Positions 47,166-61,009 of a DNA stretch of 64,000 nt are shown in pieces (within the stretch, counting starts at the first letter, position 1; every line of letters begins with the position of its first letter). This stretch comes from the human T2T-CHM13v2.0 reference genome, Homo sapiens. The stretch is taken from the NCBI RefSeq assembly GCF_009914755.1, contig NC_060947.1; one strand, given 5' to 3'. The notes under the pieces were generated by a model. That model made no database searches. It was not told the DNA's origin and saw only the letters and a program-made list of their open reading frames with translations. The translations under genes and the position numbers were made by a program.

Positions 47166-49740
47166 TCAGTCTCTTTCTTTAGGTCTAATAATATTTGATT
47201 TATATATCTGGCCACTCCGATATTGTACATATGCATATTTGCAATTGTTATATTCTCTCATTGAATGGTTCCCTTTACCATTAAACAATGACATACTTCT
47301 TTTCAGTTTTGCACTGAAAGTCAATTACATCTGATAAGAATATGACTATTTCTGCTTGCTTTTGGTTTCCATTTGCATGGAATATCTTTTTCCATCCGTT
47401 CACATTCAGTCTACATTTGTCTTTAATGGTGAGGCACATCTCTTGTAGGCAGCATAAAATTAGGTTTTGTCCTTCTTGTCTATTCATCTACTCTATATCT
47501 TTTAATTGGATAATTTAATTCATTGATATTCAAGGCTATTATTGATACATAGGGACTTACTCTTGTCATTTTTTTCATCATTTTTCTGGTTGTGTTGTAG
47601 AATCTTAGCTTTTTTTTCCTTTCTTGTTATTTACCTCTTTGATTTGGTGGTTTTCTGTGGTTCTAAGCTTTGACTCTTTTCTCTTTTTTAGTCATGTATC
47701 TGATGTAATTTTTTCTATGTGGTTACCATGGGGCTGGAATAAAGAGTCTTTTAGTTGTAATAGACTATTTTAAGCTGATAGTAACTTTGGGCATATAAAA
47801 ATATTCTAGACATTTTCTCTTTCTCCACAATTTATATTTTTGTTGCTTTAATTTGCTTCTTTATCTATTGTGTATTTCTTAGCAACTAATTATAGTTGCT
47901 GTTTTATTACTGTTTTTATCATTTCAACTTTAAACTTTCACAGTAGTGGATTGAAAGATTTACATAGCACCATTTAATCAATGGGCTATTATATCTAATT
48001 TATGCTCCACAAGGATTTCACCACACTTCTGCTGCTCTTCAGCATACTCTCTGTCAGTCCCATCAAAATATAACGGTTTACTTGTTATTTTGTTTCTTTT
48101 ATGTTGGGAGACAAGCTCCAGGAAACTCCAGTCAACCATCTTGCTAACATCACTTTCTTTTCATATTCTTAGTGCTGTGTATTGAAGGGTGCAAGTTGGA
48201 ATTTTGATAAAGAACAATTCATCACCTGTCTTCTATGTTTGTATTTTTTTTGTAAAATATTTGCCTACCTTAATATTATAAAAATTTTAAAATATTTTCT
48301 TTTAGACACTTATAGTTACAACTATTTTTTGAGTGGTGTAATCTACATCTAACTAATTTAGTCTGCAGTTTGAGGTAAGAGTAAAAATTCAAAAATAAAC
48401 TGACTATACATATAAATTTGGAGAACATCTATATTTTATTTTATTTTTTAAATTTAATAATGCTTATTCCAATACCATACTGTCTTAAAAACTATAACTC
48501 TATAGTAAGCCTCAAAATCAGGAAGTACGTGTTCTCAATTTATTTCTATTTTGAAGTAATTTTGGCCATTCTATGTCTTCTATATTTTTTATAAATTTTA
48601 GAAACAATTTGTCAATTTCTACAAAAAGATACTAGAATTTTAATTAGGACTGAATTAAATCTAGAAATTATTTTGAAAAAATTAATATCATAACAATATT
48701 AAATATTTCAATCTGTATACAAGGTATATGTTTCCATTTATTTAGGTGTTCTTCAATTTGTCTCAGCAAATTTTTGTTGTTATAAGTATAGAAGTTGTAT
48801 GGATCATTCACTGAAATTATATTTTGCATTTCATTGATTTCCACGCTGTTTAAATACCCCTTAAAATTATTTCTTAATTTGTTTTGCAAAAATTTAGAAA
48901 CACAATTGGTTTTTGTATATAGATCTTGCATCCTGGGAACTTGATAAAAGAATATTAATTCTAGCAATATTTTTGAAAACTGCTTAATATTTTCCATGTA
49001 GACAATACTGTCACCTATAAGAAGACAGTTTTGCTTATTTCTTTCCAATCCTTATTCCTATATGATTTGTCAGGTCTTATTACCCTGACTAGAATATTTA
49101 GTACAATATTGACTGTATAAATGTTGCTAGATTCAATTTGTTAATATTATGTTTAGGAATTATGTATTTGCATACATAAAAGACATTAATATATAATTTT
49201 ACTTTCCTGTTATATCTTTGTTAAATTTTGTTATCAGAAGTATTTTCCCTTCATAAATAGAGATGTGCTTACTCTTCTATTGTTGTAAACTGTTTAAGTA
49301 ATATGGTAGTGTTTCTTTCTTAAATGCTTGATAGAATTTACTGGTGAAATTACCTACTGCAATAATTTCTTCAGAGAAGGTTTATAATTATGAATTAAAT
49401 TTTATTAATATTTTCAGAGCTTTTCAGTTTTTAAAAATTTATTCTTGAATGAATTTGCTATACTATCTTACCAAGTTTTTTTTTTCATGGTATCTATGTT
49501 GTTAACATTATTCAAGCATTTTTTTTATATTGTGCTTATTTTCCTTTTAAAGTCTTTAGGATCTACAGTGATGTCCCCTCTGAATTTTGATCTTGGTAGT
49601 TTGTGTTTTATCTTTTGTCCTTTTCAGTCTAGTTGAGAATTTACTATTCTTTTCTTTAAAAAAGAAACATTTTGCTTTTTTTGTTATTTTTGTTTGCTCA
49701 TATATATTTTATTTCACTTGCTTTAAATAAATAGTATGCT
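47166..49740 (-). mobile_element. Mosaic of old L1M fragments (endonuclease region, then later ORF2)
   Basis: ORF 47281-47487 (CCLQE...GWKKIFHANGNQKQA) is L1 endonuclease-like; ORF 48668-49048 (DSIVYMEN...LNKWKHIPC) is RT-like. Confidence 0.75.
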
Positions 49741-49759
49741 TCTAAATGTTGTATTTTGA

Positions 49760-51960
49760 AAGAAAATTTTTGAATATAGTACTAAGTTTCTAAATACATC
49801 ACAACTAATTTCTTCCTATAAATAATAATTCACTTAAATATGGTCCATTTGTTACAATTAATAAACCAATATTATTATTAATGAAAACCCATAATTTATC
49901 TTTTTAAAGTTTTTGCTTAATCTTTTTTTCTCTGTTCCAGGATTCTATTTATGATACCACATTGCCTTTAGTCACCATGTCTCCATAAACACATTTGGAT
50001 TGTGATAGTTTCTCAAACTTTCCCTATCTTGATGGCCTTCTGAGATTTGCAGAATTCTGCTCAGTTATTTTGTGGAATGTCTTCATGGTCATTTTTAGGT
50101 ATCATCTTGACTGGATTAACGAATACCTAGAGAATTGGTAAAACACTACTTCTGTGTGTGTCTTTAAGGGTGTTTCCAGAGGCGACTGGCCTGCTAATCA
50201 GAGGACTGAATGGGGACGCTTTGCCCTCAATGTGAGTGGGCATCATCTACTCATCTGAGGTTCCAAATAGAAAAAATAAAAGTAGGGAAAAAAGATTTTC
50301 TCCTTCTCTCTTTGATGTGAGACATTCCTCCTTCTGCTTTTGACATAAGAACTCAACCTTGGGACTTTAGGACTTACACCAGTAGCACCCCCACCTGCAC
50401 CGCCCGGTTTCTCAGGCCTTCAGGCTTGGACTGAGAATTACCCTTTTGGCTGTTTTGGTTCTGAGGCTTTCATACTTGGACTGAGCCATGCTAGCCTCAT
50501 CCCAGGGTCTCTAGTTTGCAGAGAGAATGTCCAAGGACTTAGCCTCCATAATCATACAAACCAATTCTCCAATAAATTCCCAATTATATATCTATGTATA
50601 TTTATATATGTATCTATATTACATGTATCTCTGTATTATTGGTTTGATCTCGCTGGAGAACATTGACTAATTCAAATGTCGATTAGTTGGAGATTGTCTA
50701 GTGGTTTATCATAGACTGAGATTTGTGATTTAAAGGAGAATACCACGGAGAACAAATTGTCATTTTCAACACAACAAATCAGGGGAAACATACTCTACAC
50801 ATTGCTTATCACTGATTGTGACCTTGATTACCTGACTGAGATAGTATTTGTCTGATTTCCCCACTGTACTACACTCTTTAAAAGGAAGTCACTATGAATA
50901 TTCTATATTTAAAAAAATGGGAAGTTATGTCCCAATACTTTGAGGATGCAGTATAAATGCAAACTGTTTAGAATTCTTTTGCGTGGCAGATTTATTATTC
51001 TATCTCCACACACACAGAAATCTATTTTGTTATTTAATTATTTGTTTGTATCATTATTGACTCATTGTTATTTATTTGACATTTTGCGCTATAATCTAGT
51101 ACTACTTTATTATGTTGCTCAAATTGTTCCAGATTTGGCCATTGGGACCTCTTTCTGTTGGTGCCTGTGTCTCTTTGACACACCTACACCTCATCAATTA
51201 GTGTGTTTCTGCATGTGTGCATTGTGTGAATGAGAGGGAGTGGTAAGGGCGTAGGTGTGTGTGAGCACTTCATTATTTTCTGGGACTGCAATATGCTCCA
51301 GGTTCTTTTTGTTCTGACCCAGTCATAAAATCAGCCATTTCTCCAAGTAATCTTGGTTCCTTTTATTGGAGAATGGTATTAGAAACCAAGGTGTGCTCAG
51401 TGCAACTGTAGTGTCCTTGCTTTGTGACCCTCTCAACTAACAAACTGTGTGTGTGTGTGCATGTGCATGTGCATGTATAATTGGTTATCCATAGTAGACA
51501 ATACATGGGTTTATACTAATGACTCCTAATCATGGATTATTCCAGCCTCCTACCCTTACTTATTTGTAGTCTCCCATTCTAACAGTGAGAAAACCAGATC
51601 CCACTGCCTTCCATTCTTCAATTTCAGTATACATGTATACCAGTATTGGAATTGTTAACCTATGCCATCATGGGAAACAATTTTATCAATCAGAGTAGAG
51701 TAATTATATACAGGCTTTTTAAAATTTAGTCTCACTGCATTCATTTTCAAAATTACTTAGGAAAGAATCTATTCCCTGAACCCTCTTCCCTGAGGAAGTA
51801 TTATGCATTTGTAATACTGTTAGATTGTTTTCTCACAATCTTTATTCTGTTTTTCATTCTATCCCGACTAATTTACAGACATTAAAGTTCACTCTTTATG
51901 CTGTAAAGTTCTATGGGTTTTGACAAATGCCTAGTATTATCCACCATGATAGTGTCACAT
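49760..51960 (-). mobile_element. L1MC/L1MD-like 3' region interrupted by MLT2
   Basis: ATTTGTTACAATTAATAAACCAATATT...CTGTTCCAGGAT...GTTGCTCAAATTGTTCCAGATTTGGCCATTGGGA...CCTTTTATTGGAGAATGGTATTAGAAACCAAG. Confidence 0.65.
50082..50674 (+). mobile_element. MLT2 (ERVL) solo LTR
   Basis: CTTGACTGGATTAA...GGGTGTTTCCAGAGG...GCCCTCAATGTGAGTGGGCATCATC...CTGGAGAACATTGACTAATTCA; flanking repeat AATGTC. Confidence 0.85.
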
Positions 51961-52007
51961 AATCATTTTATACTCCTAAAAATTTCCTTACATTTGACCT
52001 CTTTAAA

Positions 52008-52150
52008 GCTCAGGCAGGTAGGAGAATTTCTCGAGTCCAGGAGGTTGAAGCTGTGGTTGTGATTGTATTGCTGCTTTCCAGCCTGGGTCACAGAACAAAA
52101 CCCCATCTCAAAGTAATAATAATGATAATAATAATAATAATAATAATAAA
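52008..52150 (+). mobile_element. Alu right-monomer (FRAM/AluJ-like) fragment with (AAT)n tail
   Basis: GAGTCCAGGAGGTTGAAGCTG...CCAGCCTGGGTCACAGAACAAAACCCCATCTCAAA followed by AAT repeats. Confidence 0.75.
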
Positions 52151-54012
52151 CTATAATGAAATAAAAATGATGGTAGAATATTTTCATTTGCTTATATCAT
52201 TTTCTGTATGTATTGTTTGTTGTGTCTTTTCAGATAAATTTTGCCTACTATTCAATTGGTTTGCTGTTTTACATATTAATTTTTAAGAGCTCTGTGTATA
52301 AGTTGAACATGAGCACTTTGTCAGATAAATTTTTGAAAAAATTTTCTCACGGTCTGTCGCTTGTCTTAAATTTTTCAAAATTATCATTCACAAAAAAAAG
52401 TTTTCAATTTTAATTAAATCCAACTTATTTTTTTAATTTGTAAATTTGGTGGGCACATAGTATGTGTATATATTTATGAAGTACATGAGATGCTTTGATA
52501 CAGGCATGCAATGTGTAAAAATCACATCATGGAGAATGGAGTATCTATCCCCTCAAGCATTTATCCTTTGTGTTACAAACCATCCAATTAGACTCTCTTA
52601 GTTATTTTAAAATGTACAACTAAATTATTATTGACTATAGTCACCCTCCTGTGTTATCAAATACCAGTCTTATTAATTCTTCTAATCAGTTTTTGTACCC
52701 ATTAACCATCTGAAAATTGCCCACACCCTCACTACTCTTTTCAGGCTCTGGCAAACATCCTTCCACTATCTCTAGAAGGTCAATTGTTTTAATTTTAGGC
52801 TCCCACAAACAAGTGAGAACATTGGACATTTGTCTTTCTGTGCCTGGCTTACTTCACTTAACATAATGATCTCAAGTCCCATCTAAGTTGTTGCAAATGA
52901 CGGGATCTCATTATATTTAAGGCTGAATAGTACTCCACTGTGTATATATACCACATTTTTTTATACATTTGTCTGCTGATGGACACTTAAATTGCTTCCA
53001 AGTCTTGCTATAGTGAATAATGCTGAAATAAACATGGGAGTACAGATATATCTTTGATATACTAATTTTCTTTCTTTGGGGTATTTACCAAGCAGTGAGA
53101 TTGCTGAATCCTATGGTAGCTGTATTTTTGCTTTTGGAGGAACCTTGAAACTCTTTTCTATAGTGGCTGTACTAATTTAATTTTCCACCAACAGCGTATA
53201 AGAGTTCCCTTTATTCCACATCTTCTCCAGTATTTATTATTGCCTTTGTTTTGGATATAAGCCACTTTAACTGGGGTGAGATAATATCTCATTGTAGTTT
53301 TTATTTGCATTTCTCTGATGTTCAATTATGTTCAGCACCTTTTCATATGACTGTTCATCATTTGTATGTCTTCTTTTGAAAAATGTATTTGAATCTTTAA
53401 CATATTTTTAGATCATATAGTTAGATTTTTTTCTACAGAGTTGTTTGAACTCTTTATGTATTTCAGTTATTAATTCTTACTCAGATGGGTAGTTTGAAAA
53501 TATTTTCTCCCATTCAATGGTTGTCCTTCACTTCATTGATTGTTTTTTGTTTTTGTTTTTGTTTTCTGCTGTGTAGAAGCTTTTTAACTTGATGCAATCC
53601 AGTTTGTCCATTTTTGTTTTGGCTGCCTGTGCTTGTGGGGTTAAATTCAAGAAATGTTTGCCCAATCAAAGTTTTTGCAATGTTTTCTTTTAGGAGTTTT
53701 ATTGATTGAGGTCTTAAATTTAAGTATTTAATCCATTTTGCTTTTATTTTTATATGATGTGAGACAGATGTCTAGTTTCATTATTCTGCATAAAGATGCA
53801 CAGTTTTTCTTGGATGATTTATTGAAGAGACTTTTTTTTTGCCAGTGTATGTTTTTGGCACCTTTGTTTAAAATGAGTTCACTGTAGGTATATGGATTTG
53901 TTTGTAAAATGCTTATTCTGTTCCTTTGGTCTATGTGTCTGGACTTATGCCAGTACCATCCTGTTTTGTTCACTATAGTGCTATAGTATAGTTTGGAGTC
54001 AGGTAATTTGAT

Positions 54013-54049
<37 letters not shown>

Positions 54050-54895
54050 CAGGATAGGTTGTCTACTCTGGGTCTTCCGTGGTTGCAAATAAAATTGTAG
54101 AATTTTTTTTTTCTTTAAAGAATGTCATTGGTATTTTGATAAGAATTGAATTCAATCTGTAAATTGCTTTTGGTAGTATGGACATTTTAACAGTATTGAT
54201 TCTTCCAATCCAAAAATTGAAATATATTTTCATTATTTGGTGTTCTCTTCAATTTTTTATTAGTGTTTACTGTTTTCATTGTGGATATCTTTCATATATT
54301 TGGTTAATTCCTAGGCATTTAATTTTCGTAGTGGCTATTGTGGGCTAATTTTTAATTTTTTTTTTTTCAGATAGCTCACTGTGGGGCATTTAGAAATGCT
54401 ACTAGTTTTTTTTATATTGACTTTGTATCCTGAAAATTCACCAAATTTGTTTATCAGTTCTAACAGTTTTCTTGTGGATTCTTTAGATTTTTCCAAATAT
54501 AAGATTATATATAAACAAAAAAACTACCTTCTTTTTTTCCAATTTGGATGTCTTTTTCTTTTTTCTTGTCTGATTGCTCTAAGACTTCCAGTACTATATT
54601 GAATACCAATGGTAAAAGTTGGCATCTTTGTCATTTTCCAGATCTTAGAATAAAGACTTTCACTATTTCCCCATTCGTTATGATACTAGCTTTGGATCTG
54701 TTGTATATATTTTTGTAATGTTGAAGTATATCTTCTCTACCCAGTTTGTTAAAGATTTTTATCATGATGAAATATAGAATTTTACCAAATGCTTTTTCAG
54801 CATCAATTGAATAATCATATGGTTTTTGTCCTTTATTCTGTTGATATGATGTATCACATTTAGTGATTTCTGTATGAGAAACCATCTTTGCATCC

Positions 54896-57503
54896 TGTAT
54901 TAGTCCATTTTCACACTGCTATAAATAACTAGCTGAGACTGGATAATTATAAAGAAAATAGGTTTAATTTACTTACAGTTCGGTATAGCTGGGGAGGCTT
55001 CAGTAAACTTACAACCATGGCAGACGGCAAAGGGGCAGCAAAGAACCTCTTACATGGTGGCAGGAGAGAGCAAGTGAAGGGGGGAAGTGCTGGACTTTTA
55101 AACCATCAACTCTCATGATAACTCACTCACTATGGGAAAGCTGCCCCCATGATCCAATCATCTCCCACCATTCCCTCCCCTGACACATGGTGATTAGAAT
55201 TTAGATGAGGTTTGGATAGAGACACAGAGCCAAACTACATCACTCTGTCACTGGCCCTTCCCAAATCTCATGTTCTTCTGACATTTCAAAACCAATCATG
55301 CCTTCCCAACAGTTTCCCAAACTCTTAACTCATTGCGGTATTAACTCAAAAGTTCAAGTTCAAAGTCTCATCTGAGACAAGGCAAGTCCCTTCCACCTAT
55401 AAAGCTGTGAAATAAAAAACTAGTTAGTTTTCTGATCTGTGTTAGTTTGCTGAGGATAATGGCTTCCATCTTCACCCATGGGAGCTGAAAAATTAGAATT
55501 CATGGACACAGGGAGGGAATAACACAAACTGGGGCCTGTCTGGGGAAGGAGGTTGGGGAGAGCATTAGGGAACAGGGCTAATGCATGTTGGGCTTAATAC
55601 CTAGGTGATGGGTTGACAGGTGCAGCAAACTACCATGGCACACATTTACCTATGTAAAACACCTGCACATGTACCTTGGAACTTAAAAATAAAATAAAAT
55701 AAACAAATTAGTTATTTCCAAGATATGATGGGGTACAGGCATTGGGTAAGTGCCCCAATTTTTAAAGGAGAAATTGGCCAAAACAAAAAAGGTACAAGCC
55801 CCATGCAAGCCCAAAACTTGGCAGGGCAGCCATTAAATCTTAAAACTCCAAAACTCCCAAATCTCCTTTAATTCCATATCTCACCTCCAAGTCACACAGA
55901 TGCAAGGGGTGGGCTTCCAAGGCCTTGGGAAGCTCTACCCCTGTGGCTCTGCTGGATACAGATTCCATGGCTGCTTTCACAACCTGGCATTAAGTGCCTT
56001 GGCTTTTCCAGGTGCATAATGCAAGCTGTTGGTAGAGCTACTGTTCTCTGGTCTGGATGACGATGGCCCACTTCTCACAGCTCCAATAGGCAGTGCCCCA
56101 GGGGCGACTCAGTGTTTGGGCTCCAACCTCACATTTTCCCTCTGCAGTGCCCTAGTAGAGATTCTTCATGAGAGCTCTGCTCTTGCAGCAGATTTCTGCA
56201 TGGACACCCAGGCATTTCCGTACACCCTCTGAAATCTAGGCAGAAGGTTCCAAACGTCAATTCTTGCCTTCTGTGCACCCACAGGCCCAATATCATGTGG
56301 AACCTACCAAGGCTTGGGAATTACACCATCTGAAGCAATGGCCTGAGCTATACCTTGGCCCCTTTTGGCCATGGCTAGAGCTGAAGTGGCTGGGATTCAA
56401 GGCACCAAGTCCCAAGGCTGCACAGAGCAGTGGGGCCCATGAAATCATGTTCCCTCCTTGGCCTTCAGGCCTGTGATTTTAGTGGCTGTCACAGATCTCT
56501 GAAATGCCCTGGAAGTATTTTCCCAATTGTCTTGGCTATTAACATTTGGCTTCTCATTACTTATGCACATTTCTGCAGCTAGCTTGAATATCTTCCAAGA
56601 AAATAAGTTTCTTTTTTCTACCACATGTTCAGGCTGCAAATTTTCCAAACATTTCTACTCTGCTTCCTTTTTAAATATAAGTTTCAGTTTCAGAATCTCT
56701 TTTTTTACACATATGGGAGTGCACTTTCAGAAACAGCCAGGTCACATCTTAGATGCTTTACTACTTAGAAATTTTTTCCACTAGATATCTTAAATCATCT
56801 CTCCCAAGTTCAAAGTTGCACATATCTTTAGGGTAGGGGCAAAATGCTGACAGTCTCTTTGTTAAAGCATAGCAAAATAACCTTTACTCCAGTTCCTAAT
56901 AAGTTTCTCATCTCCATCTGAGACCACCTGAGCCTGGGCTTCACTATCCATATCACTGTGAACATTTTGATCAAAACCATTTAACAAGTTTCTCAGAAGT
57001 TCCAAACTTTCCCACATCTTCCTGTCTTCTTCTAAGCTCTCCAAACTGTTTCACCCTTTGCTTGTTAGCAAGTTCCAAGGTCCTTTCCACATTTTTAAGT
57101 ATCTTTATGGCACTGCCCCACTTCTCTTGTACCAATTTTCTGTATCAGTCCATTTTCACACTGCTATAAATAACTACCTAAGACTGAGTAATTTATAAAG
57201 AAAATAGGTTTAATTGACTCCTCATGGCTCAGGAGGCCTCAGGAAACTTACAATTATGGTGGAAGGGGAAGAGGAAGCAAGGCACATCTTACAGTATGGC
57301 AGGAGAGATAAAGCAAGCAAAGGGGGAAAATGCTACACTTTTAAGCCATCAGATCTCTTGAAAACTTATTCACTATCACTATCATGAGAACCACATGGGG
57401 GAAACTGCTCCCATGATGCAATCACCTCCCAGCAGGTCCCTGATACATGAGGATTACAATTTGAGATGAGGTTTGGGTGGAGACACAGAGCCAAGCCATA
57501 TCA
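54896..57503 (-). mobile_element. Full-length MSTA-like MaLR provirus (LTRs 54896-55242 and 57141-57503)
   Basis: LTR pair TGTAT.AGTCCATTTTCACACTGCTATAAATAACT...GAGACACAGAGCCAA...ATCA; perfect TSD CATCC (54891-54895 / 57504-57508). Confidence 0.92.
55427..55700 (+). mobile_element. Short L1PA 3' end with 5' inversion (inverted piece 55427-55480) inside the MST internal region
   Basis: Antisense GTTTTCTG...GTTAGTTTGCTGAGGATAATGGCTTCC...CATG joined to sense TGGGAGCTGAA...CATGGACACAGGGAGGG...tail; TSD AAAC(T/A)A(G/A)TTAG. Confidence 0.85.
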
Positions 57504-57735
57504 CATCCCAGTGATAAATTCCACATTATCAACATGAATGGCCTTTGAATGTATTGTTGAATTCAGTTTTCTAGTATCTTGTTGAAGATTTTTGCATTAA
57601 TATTAATGAAAGATCTTGCCCTGTAACTTTTATTTATTTATTTATATTAATTTGGCTTTGGTATCAGGGTAATACCAGCCTTTTAGAATGAGTTTGGGAG
57701 TGTTCTCTCCTCCTCTAATTTTTGAAATATATTAA

Positions 57736-58095
<360 letters not shown>

Positions 58096-58780
58096 TGAGG
58101 TTACCATGGGACTTGAAAATATTATCTAATAACTGACTATTTTAAACCTGATAACAATTTAACATGATAGCATAAATAGATAAGCAAAACATAAACTAAT
58201 AAACACTCTTTACATTACTTTATCCCCTCACTTTTTAACTTCTAGTTGTTAAGTTTTATGTGTCATTGTACTATGTCCTGAAAAGTTGTTTTAATTATTA
58301 TTTTGAGTGGTTCATCATTTAGCTGTTCTACTTAAGATTAGCATGGTATACACCCACTATGACAGTGTTATAATAGTCTGTGTTTTTCTGTGTTCATACT
58401 AATAGCAGTGAGTCTTATACTTTCAGATGGTTTCTTATTGCTCATTAACATTCTTTTCTTTCAAATTGAAGAAGTTCCTTTAGCATGTCTTGTAGGACAG
58501 GTCTGGTGTTGATAAAATCTTTCAGCTTTTGTTTGTCTTGGAATGTCTTTACTTCTCCTTCATGTTTGAAGGATATTTTCACCAAATATACTATTCAAGG
58601 GTGAGAGTTTTTTTTTTTTTCTTCAGCAATTTAAATATATCACTCCTTCCTGGCCTGTAAGGTTTCCACTGAAAAGTCTGCTGAGAGATGTACTGGAGCT
58701 CCATTGTATGTATGTTATTTGTTCCTTCTCTCTTGCTGCTTTTAGGATCCTTTGTTTTTGACTTTTGGGAGTTTGCATAT

Positions 58781-61009
58781 TGTATTAGTTCATTTTCACA
58801 CTGCTATGAAGAAATATCTCATACTGGGTAATTTATAAAGGAAAGAGGTTTAATTGACTAACAGTTCCACATGGCTGGGGACGCCTCAGGAAATGTACAA
58901 TTATGACAAAAGGGAAAGCAAACATGTTTCTCTTCATATGGGTGTCAGGAGAGAGGAGAGGAGAGTGAAAGGGGGGAAATCCCCTTATAAAACCATCAGC
59001 TCTTATGAGAACTCACTCACTAATATGAAAATAGCATGGGGGAATTGCCATGAGCCAGACCATATCATTCTGCCACTGGCCCCTGTCAGATCTCATTTTT
59101 CTCACATTTCAAAGCACAATTATGCTTTCCATACAGTTCCCCAAAGTCTTAACTCATTTCAGAATTAACCTAAAAGTCCAAGTCTGTAGTCTCATCTGAT
59201 ACAAGGCAAGTGACTTCCACCAATGAGCCTGTAAAATCAAAAGCCAGTTAGTTACTTCCTAGAGGCAACAGAGGTAAAAGAATTGGGTAAATACAATTCC
59301 CAATGTGGAATTCCCATTCCAAATGGGATAAATTGGCCAAAACAAAGGGGCTACAGGTCTCATGCAATTCCAAAATTCAACAAGGCAGTAAATAAATCTT
59401 AAAGCTCTGAAATAATCTCCTTTGACTCCATGTCTCACATCTAGGTTACACTGAGGCAAGCAGTGGGCTCCACAGATTTGCACAACTCTGCCACTGTGTC
59501 TTTGCAGGGTACAGCCCCCTCCCAGCTGCTTTCATGGGCTGTCCATGATTGTCTGCAGCTTTTCCAGGTGCACAGTAAAAGTTGTTGGTAGATCTACCAT
59601 CCTGGGGTCTGGAGTACAGTGGCTCTCTTCTCCACTAGGTGGTGTCACAGTGGGGACTCTGCATGGGGGCTCCAACCTCAAATTTCCCTTCTGCACTGCC
59701 ATAGCAGAGGTTCTCCATTAGGGTTTTGCACTTGCAGCACACATCTGCCTGGACATCCAGGCATTTCCATACATTCTCTGAAATCCAGCCGAGGTTCCCA
59801 AACGTTAATTCTTGTCTTCTGCAGACCTGCAGGACCAACACCATGTGGGAGCTGCCAAGGCTTGGGACTTGCACCCTCCAAACCAATGGCCTGGCCTGTA
59901 CCTTGGTTTCTTTTAGCCCCAGCTGGAGATGCTGGGATGCAGGGCAACAAGACCTCAGGTTGCATACAACAGCCTGGCACTGTATCTGGCCCATAAAACC
60001 ATTTTTCTCTCCTAGGCCTTTGGGCCTTAGAGGGGCTGCTCTGAAGTTTTCTGACATGCCCTGGAGATATTTTTCCCATTGTCTTGGCAATTTGAACATT
60101 TGGTTTCTTATTACTTATACAAATGTCTGCAGCGGACTTGAATTTCTCCCCCCAAAATAGGTTTTTCTTTTCTACCACATCATCAGGCTGCACATTTTCC
60201 AAACTTTTATGCTCTGCTTCTTTTTTAAACATAAATTTAAATTTCAGATCATCTCTCTCAAGTTCAAAGTTCCACAGATCTCGAGGGCAGGGGCAAAAGC
60301 TGCCAGTCTCGTTGCTAAAGCATAGCAAGAGTGACCTTTACTACAGCTCCCAGCAAGTTTCTAATCTTCGTTTGAGACCACCTTATCCTGGACTTCATTG
60401 TCCCTACTACTATCTGCATTTTGTCCAAAGACATTCAGCAACTCTTTAGGAAGTTTCAACTTTCCCACATCTTCCTGTTTTTTGAACCCTCCAAGTCTCC
60501 AGGAAGTTCCAAACTTCCCCACATTTTTCTTTCTTCTTCTGAGCCCTCCAAACTATTTCAACCTCTGCCTGTTACTCAATTCCAAAGTTGCTTTCACATT
60601 TTCAGGTATTCCTTATAGAAGTGCCCCACTCCCAGTACCAATTTACTGTATTATTTCATTTTCACACTGCTATGAAAAAATAGCTGATACTGGGTAATTT
60701 AGAAGAGAAAAAAGAGGTTAATTGACTCACATATTGCATGGCTGGGGAGGCCTCAGGAAACTTACAATCATGGTGGAGGGGAAGCAAACACATCCTTCTT
60801 CACATGGCGGCAGGAGAGACAAGTGCAGAATAAAGTGGGGAAAACCCTGTTATAAAATTCTCAGGTCTCATGAGAACTCACTATCATGAAAACAGCATGG
60901 GAGAACTGTCCTCATGATCTAATCACCTCCCACGAGGCAACTCCCCCAACACCTGAAGATTACAATTTAAGATGTGGTTTGGTTGTGGGGACAGAGTCAG
61001 ACTATATCA
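58781..61009 (-). mobile_element. Full-length MSTA/THE1D-like MaLR provirus (LTRs 58781-59067, internally deleted, and 60647-61009)
   Basis: LTR pair TGTATTA.TTCATTTTCACACTGCTATGAA...ATATCA; internal ORF remnant CPCPRDLWNFELERDDL; degenerate TSD CATAT/ATTAT. Confidence 0.9.

Noticed and set aside
59678-60328. 216-aa ORF, the longest in the window
   Set aside because: Lies inside a MaLR internal region. The same decayed sequence recurs in the other THE1/MST copies and there is no sign of domestication.
60443-60552. ~55-bp duplication in the MaLR internal 5' region
   Set aside because: Probably a subfamily feature or a simple local duplication; nothing suggests function.
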